NCBI GenBank assembly: GCA_023818965.1 | Contig: JAMWCD010000006.1 | Coordinates: forward strand, 205,475 to 269,474 | DNA from: Candidatus Omnitrophota bacterium | GTDB taxonomy: Bacteria > Ratteibacteria > UBA8468 > B48-G9 > DTJG01 | Length of the DNA stretch: 64,000 nt | Reading direction: 5' to 3' | In this document: in pieces, positions 11,231 through 21,745 of the stretch | Numbering within the stretch: the stretch's first letter is position 1 | Layout of the letters: each line of letters starts with the position of its first letter | Program-made: the position numbers and the translations under genes | The notes under the pieces: generated by a model | The model's input: only the letters and a program-made list of their open reading frames with translations | The model's database searches: none | What the model was told of the DNA's origin: nothing

Positions 11231-12566
11231 TTTCTTCCACAGTCAACATCATTCCCTCAATTTTTTTCACCCTTACCTTTGTTCCTGCTGGAATGTGGTT
11301 GCCACTGCTTATTGCCTTCCAGTATTCGCCATGAACAAAAACAGTTCCCTCAGGTTTTAATTCAGTGATTGTTCTTCCGATTTCTCCAACAATTCCTTCT
11401 TTTCCTGTTGTGACCTTTTTCGAACGAGTTCGTTTAACCAGCATTAATATGGCTGTCACAAGAACTATCAACAGGATGTAAATCAGTAAAATTGTAGTTG
11501 TTGCCAGGTGAAATTCAGTTTGAGGCGAACGAAAGAATAACCATGTTCCAAGTCCCATAGCAATAAATCCTCCTATGGCAAATATCCCGACTCCAGGAGC
11601 AACTACCTCCATCAGAAGCAAAATGATTCCAGTAATAATTAATAGTACTCCTGCAATGCTCTGTGTAAATGTTTGAAATGCAAAAAGAGACAGAATCAAA
11701 CAGATTGTTCCAACAACACCTGGAACAGCAAAACCAGGATGTGAAAACTCAATAATAATTCCAAGGATACCAATGGTCATAAGAAGATATGCAACAGTAG
11801 GATCCCCAATAACATTCAATAATTTTTCACCAAAACTTTCAGTAATTTTTTCTGCAGGGATTTTTTTTGTATCAAGTACAACTGCTCTTCCTGATGCCAG
11901 TTTTACCTCTCTACCATCAATTTTGTTCAAAAGGTCTTCTATATCATTTGCAATAAAATCAGCCACATTGTTTTTTACTGCTTCCTCTGCAGTTATTGAA
12001 ATACTTTCTCTGACTGCCCTTTCTGCCCACTTCTCATTTCTTCCTGTCTGGCGACATATACTTTTGATGAAACTTACAGTATCATTGATAACCTTTTCCT
12101 GCATTATTTTATCCATTTCCTGTCCCATGGCTACTGGATGTGCTGCACCAATATTTGTTGCAGGCGCCATGGCAACAATATGACAGGCAAGTGCAATGAA
12201 AGTTCCAGCAGATGCACACTGTGCGCCTCTTGGAGCAACGAAACACACAACAGGAATTTCAGAATTTAAAATTTCCTGAACAATCTTTCTTGTTGAAATA
12301 AGCAGTCCTCCCGGTGTATCCATCATAAGAACAAGACACTGTCCATGCTGTTTTTTTATAGTTGAAAAGGCATGTTTGATTTTGTAATAAGTAACAGGGG
12401 TTATTGGTCCATCAATTGTTAGAATGAAAACATTCTGAATACTTTTTGCCTCCACCGGAAAATTAGAGAAAAACAAAGCAAAAAAGATACCAAGAAAAAT
12501 TATCGCACCAGTATATCCGGTCTTGACACAGTGATACCATTGATTTCTATATTTTTTTTCGGCCAT
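11205..12566 (-). CDS. NfeD-like membrane-bound ClpP-class serine protease
   Basis: 453 aa. N-terminal signal anchor, a ClpP-like fold (LMMDTPGG, active-site-like GAQCASAGTF), several central TM helices, and a C-terminal OB/NfeD beta-domain. Its start overlaps the upstream gene by about 67 nt. Confidence 0.7.
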   Translation of the reverse strand: MAEKKYRNQWYHCVKTGYTGAIIFLGIFFALFFSNFPVEAKSIQNVFILTIDGPITPVTYYKIKHAFSTIKKQHGQCLVLMMDTPGGLLISTRKIVQEILNSEIPVVCFVAPRGAQCASAGTFIALACHIVAMAPATNIGAAHPVAMGQEMDKIMQEKVINDTVSFIKSICRQTGRNEKWAERAVRESISITAEEAVKNNVADFIANDIEDLLNKIDGREVKLASGRAVVLDTKKIPAEKITESFGEKLLNVIGDPTVAYLLMTIGILGIIIEFSHPGFAVPGVVGTICLILSLFAFQTFTQSIAGVLLIITGIILLLMEVVAPGVGIFAIGGFIAMGLGTWLFFRSPQTEFHLATTTILLIYILLIVLVTAILMLVKRTRSKKVTTGKEGIVGEIGRTITELKPEGTVFVHGEYWKAISSGNHIPAGTKVRVKKIEGMMLTVEEIGETKDEK

Positions 12567-13603
12567 TGTTCATCCTCAGTGATAATCAAAGCAAGATTTT
12601 CTCCTGTGATAATTGTGTCTTCTGATTTTGTGCCTGTGATTGATGGATTCCAGGCAAATGCCTGATTTTTTGTAATAACATCGGATGAATTTGATGTTGC
12701 CCTGTAATATCTTGTTTTGTAACCGCATGGACCACCCTGATGATGTTTTTCCCATTCATCCTGAAAACCTGTTTTATGATATGCATCAATGCCTGCCTTG
12801 AAAACTTCTCCAACTGTTTTTCCTGGTTTTGTGGAAACAATAAATGTCGCATCAACTGTACAAACTGCATGATGCTTCTTTTTAATTTCCTCTGAGAGTT
12901 TTGTGAAACTGACAATTCTTGTCATTGAAACAATTAGCCCTTTTTCATAGACACAAACAACAACCATCACACATTTTTCAATCTTCTTATCAGTTGCAAC
13001 AGGATGTCTGAAATTTGCAATTCTTTCATCAGCAGCAATAAGCAAAACAACTGGAATCGTATCATTTGCCCAGAATTCCTTACTTAATTGTCCTGCAACC
13101 TCATTTTCAGTCATACCTGGTTTTATTTCATAACATATTTGAGAAACAATTTTTGTTACTTTTTTTCCAAGATTTTTGAATCTATCAACTTCAATGTCAA
13201 GCAGCGGAAAGTGTAATTCACTGATATCAAGGTAATCAAATTTTTCTCCAGGTTTATCAATGGCAATTTTTCCATTGATAACGTTGTTTACCTGTTCAAA
13301 TAATCTATCATCTTTGTGCCATGGCAGAACAATAGGTTCAACACCAGTATTTGCGAGTTCTTCTCGCAACATTCTTTCTGACTCAATATTATTTGAAAGA
13401 AGATATATTTTCTTATCAGTGACAAGTAATGATGAAGCACCAAACTCAGTATTCAAAGCAACATAATTTCTTCCACCACCAGTAAACCATGCAAAGTTTG
13501 AAATCCTGTTAATGATAATGCCATCAAATTTTTTCTCTGATAAAAAATTTCTTACTCTTGTCCATTTAATTTCAATTTCGTTTGAAATCATAATCACCTC
13601 CAT
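12500..13603 (-). CDS. M24-family (creatinase/prolidase-like) metallopeptidase homologue
   Basis: 367 aa. Creatinase-N-like N-terminal half and a pita-bread-like C-terminal half. Metal ligands were not verified by eye. Confidence 0.45.
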   Translation of the reverse strand: MEVIMISNEIEIKWTRVRNFLSEKKFDGIIINRISNFAWFTGGGRNYVALNTEFGASSLLVTDKKIYLLSNNIESERMLREELANTGVEPIVLPWHKDDRLFEQVNNVINGKIAIDKPGEKFDYLDISELHFPLLDIEVDRFKNLGKKVTKIVSQICYEIKPGMTENEVAGQLSKEFWANDTIPVVLLIAADERIANFRHPVATDKKIEKCVMVVVCVYEKGLIVSMTRIVSFTKLSEEIKKKHHAVCTVDATFIVSTKPGKTVGEVFKAGIDAYHKTGFQDEWEKHHQGGPCGYKTRYYRATSNSSDVITKNQAFAWNPSITGTKSEDTIITGENLALIITEDEQWPKKNIEINGITVSRPDILVR

Positions 13604-13699
13604 TTACCATATTATAGCACCAAAAAGGATACTGCGAAATTTTGAACATTCTCTTTTATTTGCTAAAATCTACTGTATAAAATTGAACAGGAGGCAATC

Positions 13700-14350
13700 A
13701 TGAAATCTATTCTATTTCTTTGCGGTGGATGGGAAGGACATCAACCAAAAGAATGTGTAGAATTATTTTCAGAAATAATGAAAAATGAAGGTTTTGATGT
13801 GCATATTTCGGCATCCCTTGATATTTTGCTTGATATACAATTTTTGTCAAAGATCAATCTGATTGTTCCTGTCTGGACAATGGGCAGTATTACATCTGAA
13901 CAGGAAAAAAATTTGCTTGATGTTATTAAATCAGGAACAGGTATTGCAGGATGGCATGGTGGAATGGGAGATGCTTTCAGAAATAATCCTTCATATCAAT
14001 TTATGGTTGGTGGTCAATGGGTCGCTCATCCTGGTGGAATTGTTGAATATGCGGTAAATATTCTCAAACCACAGGATCCTGTTGTGAAGGGTATCAAGGA
14101 TTTTAAAATAAAATCAGAACAATACTATATGCATGTTGACCCCTCCAATGATGTTCTTGCAACGACAACATTTACAGGAGATCATATTCCATGGATTGCT
14201 GGTTGTGTGATGCCTGTGGTCTGGAAAAGAATGTATGGAAAGGGCAGGGTGTTTTATTCATCACTTGGGCATGTTAGATCAGATTTTGATATTCCTGAAG
14301 TAAGGGAAATTACAAGACGAGGAATGTTATGGGCTTTGCATCAATTATAA
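13700..14350 (+). CDS. ThuA-like class I glutamine-amidotransferase-fold protein
   Basis: 216 aa. [15 protein letters not shown]...GIAGWHGG pattern typical of the ThuA/trehalose-utilisation family. Confidence 0.55.
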   Translation: MKSILFLCGGWEGHQPKECVELFSEIMKNEGFDVHISASLDILLDIQFLSKINLIVPVWTMGSITSEQEKNLLDVIKSGTGIAGWHGGMGDAFRNNPSYQFMVGGQWVAHPGGIVEYAVNILKPQDPVVKGIKDFKIKSEQYYMHVDPSNDVLATTTFTGDHIPWIAGCVMPVVWKRMYGKGRVFYSSLGHVRSDFDIPEVREITRRGMLWALHQL

Positions 14351-14379
14351 AAGTGCGAAAATTTTACAGGAGATGAAAA

Positions 14380-15153
14380 ATGAAAATATATATCTGTACA
14401 GACCTTGAAGGTGCAACAGGTGTTTTTAAATTTTCTCAAACAAGGCAGCATGGCCCAGAATTCATACAGGCAATGAAGTTTCTTATGGGTGATATTGCTG
14501 CGGTTGCCGAAGGATTGAAAGAAGAAGGCGTGAAAGACATTTATGTTCTTGATGGGCATAATGGAGGAAATAATTTTATCCCTGAATGTATGGTTCCCGG
14601 GGTCCGTTATATTACTGGATACCCGAGGCAGGGAAAAATAATGTATGGACTTGATGAATCATTTGATGGCATTATATTACTTGGTTATCATGCAATGAAT
14701 GGAACTTCTGATGCTGTTCTTCATCATACTCAAAGTTCGGTTATTGAGGCAAAATATTTTTATGATGGAGTTGAAAGGGGTGAAATTTATCAGTGTGCTG
14801 TGATTGCAGGACATTTTAATGTTCCAGTGATTCTTGTTACTGGAGATGATGCAGCCTGCAGGGAAGCAAAGGCAACATTAGGTGAAAATTTACCGGTTGT
14901 TGCTGTAAAAAAGGGAATTAGCAGGGAAGCAGCAATTTTGATTTCTCCTGATGAAACAAGGGAAATGTTAAAAGAAGGAGCAAGGGAAGCAATCAAGATG
15001 CTGCCACAATTGAAGCCGTATAAGGTAAAATTACCTTTAAAACTTGTTGTCAGACATCTTGGACCACAGGGTGCAACACCTGATAATCCATATTTTGTCG
15101 AAAAAGAATTTGAAGTGAAGAGTGCTCTTGATATTATAACTGGCAGCAAATAA
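14380..15153 (+). CDS. M55-family D-aminopeptidase (DppA-like)
   Basis: 257 aa. MKIYICTDLEGATGV start, LGYHAMNGTSDAVLHH, and VILVTGDDAACREAK parallel the Bacillus DppA layout. Confidence 0.6.
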   Translation: MKIYICTDLEGATGVFKFSQTRQHGPEFIQAMKFLMGDIAAVAEGLKEEGVKDIYVLDGHNGGNNFIPECMVPGVRYITGYPRQGKIMYGLDESFDGIILLGYHAMNGTSDAVLHHTQSSVIEAKYFYDGVERGEIYQCAVIAGHFNVPVILVTGDDAACREAKATLGENLPVVAVKKGISREAAILISPDETREMLKEGAREAIKMLPQLKPYKVKLPLKLVVRHLGPQGATPDNPYFVEKEFEVKSALDIITGSK

Positions 15154-15170
15154 TTTTCAGAGAGGATTTT

Positions 15171-16046
15171 ATGTTTATTGATATTCATGTACATTCGAGG
15201 AAAAAGCCGATAATGTGGAGAGGAAAATTTTGTTATACTTCTCCTGAACAGTTGATTGAAAGATACGACAGCATAGGTGTGGAAAAGGCAGTATTACTTC
15301 CAGGGATTAATCCTGAATGTTCCCATCAGATTGGTTCTACTGAAGAAATGCTTGAAATATGTCAGATGTATCCTGAAAGATTTATACCATTTTGTAATGT
15401 TGACCCAAGAGCAATAACCAATTCTCCTTTTGCTCCAATTGATGAACTGCTTTTTATTTACAAAGAAAAGGGATGTAAAGGAATCGGAGAGGTATGTGCA
15501 AATTTACCAATTACCCATCCATTATATTTGAATTTTTTCAGGTGTGTAGAAAAGGTTGGTTTCCCTTTAACCTTTCATATTGCCCCGCAGATCGGAAATT
15601 ATTATGGAATTTATGATGAAGTGGGGTTTCCTGGACTTGAATATTGTTTAAACAGTTTTCCGAATCTTATATTTTTAGGGCATTCTCAACCATTCTGGGC
15701 TGAAATTGCTCAACTTGAAAAACCATATGACAGATGTGGATATCCGGATTATCCAGTTAGAAAAGAGGGAGTTGTTCCAAAACTAATGAGAAAGTATAAA
15801 AATTTGTATGGTGACCTTTCAGCAGGCAGTGGTTATAATGCCCTTGCAAGAGACCCTGAATATGCAGTTGATTTTTTAAATGAATTCCAGGATAGATTGC
15901 TTTTTGGAACAGATATATGTGCTCCAGCAACACCTGCACCCCTTGTTGATTTTCTGATAAGGTTCAAAAATGAAGGAAAAATTTCAGAGGCAGTGTTCAA
16001 CAAGATTGCAAGAGAAAATGCATTGAAACTGCTGGGTCTAAAGTAG
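15171..16046 (+). CDS. amidohydrolase-family metal-dependent TIM-barrel hydrolase
   Basis: 291 aa. N-terminal DIHVHS metal-binding motif and later His/Asp positions. Forms a three-gene cluster with the ThuA-like and M55 genes. Confidence 0.5.
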   Translation: MFIDIHVHSRKKPIMWRGKFCYTSPEQLIERYDSIGVEKAVLLPGINPECSHQIGSTEEMLEICQMYPERFIPFCNVDPRAITNSPFAPIDELLFIYKEKGCKGIGEVCANLPITHPLYLNFFRCVEKVGFPLTFHIAPQIGNYYGIYDEVGFPGLEYCLNSFPNLIFLGHSQPFWAEIAQLEKPYDRCGYPDYPVRKEGVVPKLMRKYKNLYGDLSAGSGYNALARDPEYAVDFLNEFQDRLLFGTDICAPATPAPLVDFLIRFKNEGKISEAVFNKIARENALKLLGLK

Positions 16047-16056
16047 TTTAGCCACA

Positions 16057-16743
16057 ATGATTTATTTGATTTTCTTTCTTGCCTGTCTTGTTCAGGGGCT
16101 CGGCGGTTTCGGTGCAGGACTTTTCGCTGTTCCTCTTCTTTCAATGTCCTTTGAACCAAAATTCATTGTTCCACCTTTTGCATTGGTTGTACTACTTTTG
16201 AATTTTTTTATTCTTTCAGGTGTCAGAAATAATGTAGAATGGAAAAAGGTTATTTATATAATTTCAGGTTCTTTTCTGGGACTACCCTGTGGCGTATTTT
16301 TATTAAAGAATATAAATCAGGATGTGATACGATTTTTTGTTTCATTTGCGACCTTTGTCCTTGGAATATTTTTTCTTTCTGGTTTTAAGTTAGAAATCAG
16401 GGATACCAAACTTACATTGCTCATTGCAGGCATTTTCAGTGGAATTCTTTCAGGTTCAGCAGCAATGGTTGGACCACCATTGATTTTTTAATGATGTCAT
16501 TTGGATTGACCAGGGATGTTTTCAGAGCGACACTGTTGAGTTGTTTTTTTTAATGGCATCTATGCAAATATCCTGTATTTCTTAAATGGTCTTTTCAATC
16601 ATGAAAATTTAAAAATTGCATTTATTGGTTTGATACCAGCAGTAGCAGGAACAGTTGCTGGAATAAAAATCAAAAATGTCTTAACAGAAGAAAAATTCCA
16701 TAGAATCACTCTTTTTATAGTGATATTGATTGGCTTGATATGA
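16057..16743 (+). pseudogene. TauE/SafE-family (DUF81) membrane transporter interrupted by two frameshifts at T6 and T8 homopolymers
   Basis: The N-terminal 144 aa (GLGGFGAGLFAVPLL) stop at 16491. The rest of the protein (LMMSFGLTRDVF... then NGIYANILYFLNGLF...IGLIPAVAGTVAGIKIKNV...) continues in two other frames as far as 16743. The frame changes coincide with T runs at about 16484-16489 and 16540-16547. Confidence 0.6.
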
Positions 16744-16813
16744 ATGCTGCGATCTGTAATTCTTCTCAAAAGATATTTGTAACCTACCTTGAAACACAAG
16801 TTTTATTCAACTC

Positions 16814-16842
16814 TTGACATTTTTCAAATTTTGCGGTATACA
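16814..16842 (+). promoter_or_regulatory. putative sigma70 promoter (TTGACA-N17-TATACA) with a TGTATAACA GntR-like palindrome just downstream
   Basis: TTGACA at 16814-16819, a 17-nt spacer, then TATACA. The palindrome TGTATAACA at about 16853-16861 lies between the promoter and the ATG of the GntR/AraR-like regulator. Confidence 0.35.
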
Positions 16843-16871
16843 TTATTAGACACTGTATAACAGGACAAAAT

Positions 16872-18014
16872 ATGAAAATTGATTTCAATAGTCCCCTGTC
16901 TTTACCCGCACAGGTAAAAGAGAAAATTCTGGCAAGGATAGAATCATCTATTTACAAACCTGACGAAAGAATTCCTTCTGAGGAAAATCTCGCCCGGGAA
17001 TTCGGAGTCAGTCGTATGACAGTTCGTCAGGCAATCGTTGAAATGATCGGTGAGAAGAAATTATACAGGATACCAGGAAGGGGTACTTTTGTTTCTGGTT
17101 CATATTTTAAAGAAACACTGAATGAGGCGAGTCAGAAATTTGTTATGCTGGTTGTTCCAAATCTCAGACATTCCTTTTATTATCAGATTATTTCAGGTCT
17201 TGAAAGTACCCTTGCAAAAAATAGTTTCAATGTGCTTCTTCGTTCAGTAAATGAGGATTTTCATGAAGAAAAGACTTGTTTGAACAATGTATTAAAATAC
17301 AGTGTATCAGGGCTCGTTTTGATTGCAGGAAAATACTCATCATCAAATCTTGATTTAATAGAAAAAATAAGACAGAGGATTTCTGTTGTTTGCATTGATG
17401 TTCGTGTAATCGGTGCAAAAACAGATTTTGTTGCTTCAGATGATAGAAAAGGTGGTTTTATGGTTACAGAGCATCTGATTGAACTTGGGCACAAAAACAT
17501 TTTGCATCTTGCAGGACCTGAAGGTGATTCAAGTGCAGAATTCAGATGTAATGGTTATATGGAGGCATTGAAATCATATGGAATAAAAATAAAGAAGGAA
17601 CTAATTAGATATACTGACTGGCATTTTGAGGAAGGTTATTTTGAAACAAAAAAGTTTTTTCTTAATGGGGCTCGTGCGACTGCTGTATTTGCATGCAATG
17701 ATGAGGTTGCAGCAGGAGCATATAAGGCACTGAAAGATTTAAAAATCACTGTACCGGACGAAGTAGCACTCGCTGGTTATGGAAACCTTGATATTGGAAA
17801 ATTTTTTGAAGTGCCACTGACAACTGTGGATCAGGGTGCAAATGAAATGGGCAAAGTTGCAGCAAGAATATTGCTTGAAAGAATTAGAAATAAAAACACT
17901 TCTGAAGCAAGGGAGGTGATGGTACCAACAAAACTTATTGTTCGGGATTCCTGCGGTATCAGGAAGAAGGAATCTGTTGCAAATGCTATTGAAGAATCAC
18001 AAAGTAGGAGGTAA
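16872..18014 (+). CDS. AraR-like transcriptional regulator (GntR-family winged HTH fused to a LacI/PBP-type sugar-binding domain)
   Basis: 380 aa. N-terminal GntR HTH ([22 protein letters not shown]...GRGTFV) followed by a type-I periplasmic-binding-fold effector domain ([21 protein letters not shown]...). Confidence 0.7.
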   Translation: MKIDFNSPLSLPAQVKEKILARIESSIYKPDERIPSEENLAREFGVSRMTVRQAIVEMIGEKKLYRIPGRGTFVSGSYFKETLNEASQKFVMLVVPNLRHSFYYQIISGLESTLAKNSFNVLLRSVNEDFHEEKTCLNNVLKYSVSGLVLIAGKYSSSNLDLIEKIRQRISVVCIDVRVIGAKTDFVASDDRKGGFMVTEHLIELGHKNILHLAGPEGDSSAEFRCNGYMEALKSYGIKIKKELIRYTDWHFEEGYFETKKFFLNGARATAVFACNDEVAAGAYKALKDLKITVPDEVALAGYGNLDIGKFFEVPLTTVDQGANEMGKVAARILLERIRNKNTSEAREVMVPTKLIVRDSCGIRKKESVANAIEESQSRR

Positions 18015-18016
18015 AT

Positions 18017-18775
18017 ATGAAAACAAAAAGAGCAGGATTTACGTTGATTGAACTTCTTGTGGTGATTGCCATCATAGCAATACTTGCAGCGATGTTGCTT
18101 CCTGCATTGAGCAAAGCAAGGGAAAAAGCAAGACAGGCAGTATGTGCTGCGAACATGAAACAATTGATGCTGTGCTGGCGACTGTATGTTGATGATTATT
18201 CAGGTTACCTGCCTGTGTGTGACCCTAATCTTGTGTGGGGATATTATCAGAGAACAACATGGGTACACCTAATTATTCCCTATTCAAACACAAAGTATCA
18301 CACATGGTTCAATCCACCTAATAACCTTTATATGTACATTGATAATAAGGGAAGCATTTTTATCTGTCCATCAGTTGCTAAGTACTATACCCCTGGGGTT
18401 AGCAATGTTATGAATGTTTCCTACGGAATGAATATGTATGGTGTTGGTGGTCGCGATACAGTCGGACTTGGGTACGATTCGTCTTCTACCAAATACAGAC
18501 CTGGAATGAAAAAGGAATCGCAGATCAAAAGACCTGATGCCACACTTGTGTTTGTCGATAGTTTTGACAGGGTAAACCTGAGGAACTTTGATGTTGATCC
18601 ATCCAAACTGCAAACGACCTCATCAAAGGTTGATTTGAGGCATAATAATATGGCGAATGTGGCTTTTGCTGATGGACATGTTGAAGCAATGAACTACAGT
18701 ACCCTTTGTGCACCATATCAGACCCCAGCATATCCATCAATCATTACAAGTTATCTCTGGGGCTGGGGATATTAA
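18017..18775 (+). CDS. prepilin-type N-terminal cleavage/methylation domain protein with DUF1559-like C-terminus
   Basis: [31 protein letters not shown]: class III signal peptide with G/F cleavage site and Glu at +5. C-terminal FADGHVE motif typical of DUF1559 proteins. Confidence 0.8.
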   Translation: MKTKRAGFTLIELLVVIAIIAILAAMLLPALSKAREKARQAVCAANMKQLMLCWRLYVDDYSGYLPVCDPNLVWGYYQRTTWVHLIIPYSNTKYHTWFNPPNNLYMYIDNKGSIFICPSVAKYYTPGVSNVMNVSYGMNMYGVGGRDTVGLGYDSSSTKYRPGMKKESQIKRPDATLVFVDSFDRVNLRNFDVDPSKLQTTSSKVDLRHNNMANVAFADGHVEAMNYSTLCAPYQTPAYPSIITSYLWGWGY

Positions 18776-18796
18776 ACATTAAATTAACTGCGGAGA

Positions 18797-21745
18797 TTGA
18801 TAATGAGAAAAATTTTCATAGCAGGTGCAGTATTGATTGTTTTTCCGTTTCTTTTACACTCGCAACAGAGACAGATTGATTTCAAACCATTTTTTTTAAC
18901 AAAATCATGGCCTCTTGTAAGTCCTGGATTCAATGATGACTCAGTAAGTGTGGAAACAGGGATTTTTTACAAAAATCCACCATCAATGAAAATTGATTGC
19001 GGTAAAACAAAGACAAAGGTTGTTTCCCTGACTTTTTATTTGATAAGGGAAAATTTTCAATTGTTCAAGGGTAAAAATGTTTGTTTCAGGGCAAAAATCA
19101 AACGGCTTTCAGGTAATAAAAATCCATTTATTCAGGTGAGGTTTTACAACCTGGATGAAAAAGAAAAAAAATACACATATCTTTTTGGAAAAACAGAGGA
19201 AATCAAAATTTCAGGTTCTGAATGGGCAGATGTATCATTTGCAACCGAAATACCCGCACAAGAAAATGTGAATGCTGCAAATTTTCAAATTTATGTGAAT
19301 AATTCTCAGCAGCCGTCTGTGTTTTTAATTGATGAGTGCGTGATTACTGAAACAGGTATCAAAAAGGAGTCGGAAAACAAGACAGAAAAAAGTGTTTCTT
19401 TTTTTTTACCCTCTGCCGTAGATGATAGTCCACTGGAAATTGTGAAGGATGGTAAAGCAATTGCTGTAATTGTGATTTCACCGGATCCAACACCAACAGT
19501 GAAATATGCAGTTGAGGAATTGAATGAACACATTAAATTAAGCACAAAAACAACGTTAAAAATAGTTACAGATGAGAAAGAAACAGAGGTCCCAGCAATA
19601 CACATCGGAGAAACAAAACTTTCAAAAAAACTTGGTTTATCTCCTGACATTTTACCACCTGATACCTGGGTAATAAAAAGAGCAGGAAATTGCTTGATTA
19701 TTTCAGGTGGAGATAATAATCTTAATATTCATCCTCTGGGAAAAAATTTGGTTCCATTCGGAACACTTTATGCCACTTATGAATTCCTTGAGAGATTTGT
19801 TGGTGTAAGATGGTACTGGCCAGGCAATGATGGACGGTTTGTTCCTGAACACAAAAATATCATAGTAAATTCAGTAAACCTGCAGGGTTCACCTTCGTAC
19901 GAAACCCGTTATGTTTTTTATGGAATACCAGAGGGTATAACAGTTGAAGATGCATGGAAATGGTGGAGAAGAATGCGACTGGGTGGAGTATCAGGAAATC
20001 CATTTGGAATGCATTCGTTTACAGATTGGAACGAGAAATATGGCAAGCAACATCCTGAGTGGTTTGCTTTGCAATTAAATGGAGAAAGGTTAAATGAGCC
20101 ACAGGACGACGAGCACAAAAAAGGTCATCTCTGCTATACAAATTCTGAAGTTATCGACAAGGTAATAGAAGAAGGAAGAGAAAAATTTAACAGTCAACCT
20201 GACCTCAAGTATTTCACCGTGATGCCAGGAGATAGTAATGAAAGATATTACTGCCAGTGCAAAAACTGTCAGAGTATGGTGAGACAGAATGAGGTGGAAG
20301 GGAAAAAATATAGTTATGCCATCTGGTCATTTGTGAACAAGATTGCTGAAGAAATAAGGAAGACACATCCCGACAGATTTATTTCTTGCTGCGCTTATAA
20401 TGGATATCGAATTCCACCTGAAGATGTTTATTTTCAGCCAAATGTTGCAATAACATTTTGTGTTCCTGAACATTTAAGAAATCCATGGGCTGATGATGTT
20501 AAGAAAAAATACGTTGATGAAATTGTCGCATGGAACAAAAAGGTTCAAAACCTTTATGTCTGGGATTACTGGTTATATCGATGGTCACAAGGAGTTTATG
20601 GAGCACCAGCAATTTATCCACATCTTCTTTCAGAAATTTATTTGCTTGAACAGGGCAGGGTAAAAGGACATGTGATTGAACTCTGTAACAAGGATGATAC
20701 AGGAATTTTAACAAAATACTGGCAGAACTGGATGATGGACCAGATTAATGTCTATGCTGGATTCAAACTTCTCTGGAATTCTAATCAGAATGTTGATGAA
20801 ATTCTGGATGACTATTACAAATTTTTTGGTCCTGCTGAACAATTAATCAGAAAATTTTATGAATCAATGGAGTATGCTTTTTTAAATCCAGCGACAAAAG
20901 AAAAAAATACATGGGACTGGGAAACATGCTGGAACAAAACATATACAGGAGAGTTTGTAAATCAGGTGATGGGTTATCTCAAAGAAGCAGAAAAATTAAC
21001 AAGGGGCAATGAACCATATCATACAAGGGTTGAAAAAGTTTTGAAAGGATTTCTTCCTTTTGAACTTGCAAGTAAAAAATATTCTTCTGGCGTGAAGAAA
21101 ACAGAAAAAAACAAAAGCATCACTGTTGTTGAAATAAAAAGTACTCCTGTGATTGATGGAAAATTAAACGAACCATGCTGGCAGAATGCATCAATTGCTG
21201 ATAATTTTGTTGACCTTTATAATAACAACTGCCTTGCACAGACGAAATTTTTACTTTTGCACGATGGGAAAAATTTTTACATTGGAATTAGGGCTTTCCT
21301 TCCAGAAAGAAAAATCAAAAAATATCAAAAGGAAGGAATACGGGATGGTACAATATGGGATTCAGAAAGTTGTGAATTGTTTTTCTCACCTGATGGAATT
21401 CAGTGCTATCAGTTTTTAATTGGTCCTGGAAATGTATTTACAGACCTTTATATTCCTGATATTAAAAAATTTACAATGGAAGCAATCAAGTGGAATGCTA
21501 GTGGAATAGAATACTCTACATCTATTGAAAACGAATTCTGGACAGCAGAAATCAAAATACCTTTTACTTCAATAAATTTCACTCCTGGATCGCAGTGGCT
21601 TGTTAATTTTTGCAGGAATTATTACTATTTTGTTGACAATAAAAATAACTGGGCATATGAAGCATCTTCATGGCAGGCTGTTTTTGGTTCATTTCACAAT
21701 ATTTCAATGTTTGGAACATTAAATATTAAAATGGAGGGAAGATGA
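18797..21745 (+). CDS. large secreted protein, possibly glycoside-hydrolase-like, with a C-terminal CBM9/DOMON-like carbohydrate-binding domain
   Basis: 982 aa with an N-terminal signal peptide. The C-terminal approximately 200 aa (TPVIDGKLNEPCWQNASIADNFVDL...) resemble family-9 carbohydrate-binding modules. The catalytic-domain family was not identified by eye. Confidence 0.45.
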   Translation: MIMRKIFIAGAVLIVFPFLLHSQQRQIDFKPFFLTKSWPLVSPGFNDDSVSVETGIFYKNPPSMKIDCGKTKTKVVSLTFYLIRENFQLFKGKNVCFRAKIKRLSGNKNPFIQVRFYNLDEKEKKYTYLFGKTEEIKISGSEWADVSFATEIPAQENVNAANFQIYVNNSQQPSVFLIDECVITETGIKKESENKTEKSVSFFLPSAVDDSPLEIVKDGKAIAVIVISPDPTPTVKYAVEELNEHIKLSTKTTLKIVTDEKETEVPAIHIGETKLSKKLGLSPDILPPDTWVIKRAGNCLIISGGDNNLNIHPLGKNLVPFGTLYATYEFLERFVGVRWYWPGNDGRFVPEHKNIIVNSVNLQGSPSYETRYVFYGIPEGITVEDAWKWWRRMRLGGVSGNPFGMHSFTDWNEKYGKQHPEWFALQLNGERLNEPQDDEHKKGHLCYTNSEVIDKVIEEGREKFNSQPDLKYFTVMPGDSNERYYCQCKNCQSMVRQNEVEGKKYSYAIWSFVNKIAEEIRKTHPDRFISCCAYNGYRIPPEDVYFQPNVAITFCVPEHLRNPWADDVKKKYVDEIVAWNKKVQNLYVWDYWLYRWSQGVYGAPAIYPHLLSEIYLLEQGRVKGHVIELCNKDDTGILTKYWQNWMMDQINVYAGFKLLWNSNQNVDEILDDYYKFFGPAEQLIRKFYESMEYAFLNPATKEKNTWDWETCWNKTYTGEFVNQVMGYLKEAEKLTRGNEPYHTRVEKVLKGFLPFELASKKYSSGVKKTEKNKSITVVEIKSTPVIDGKLNEPCWQNASIADNFVDLYNNNCLAQTKFLLLHDGKNFYIGIRAFLPERKIKKYQKEGIRDGTIWDSESCELFFSPDGIQCYQFLIGPGNVFTDLYIPDIKKFTMEAIKWNASGIEYSTSIENEFWTAEIKIPFTSINFTPGSQWLVNFCRNYYYFVDNKNNWAYEASSWQAVFGSFHNISMFGTLNIKMEGR

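Noticed and set aside
11773-12183. 136-aa plus-strand ORF inside the NfeD gene; similar antisense ORFs at 14790-15194, 33578-34096 and 22340-22873
   Set aside because: They lie antisense to long, well-supported genes and have no ribosome-binding sites or family resemblance. These are typical shadow ORFs.
11205-12566. Expected NfeD-stomatin operon pairing
   Set aside because: The SPFH gene (31619-32383) is 19 kb away from NfeD, so no operon is claimed. Both are annotated individually only.
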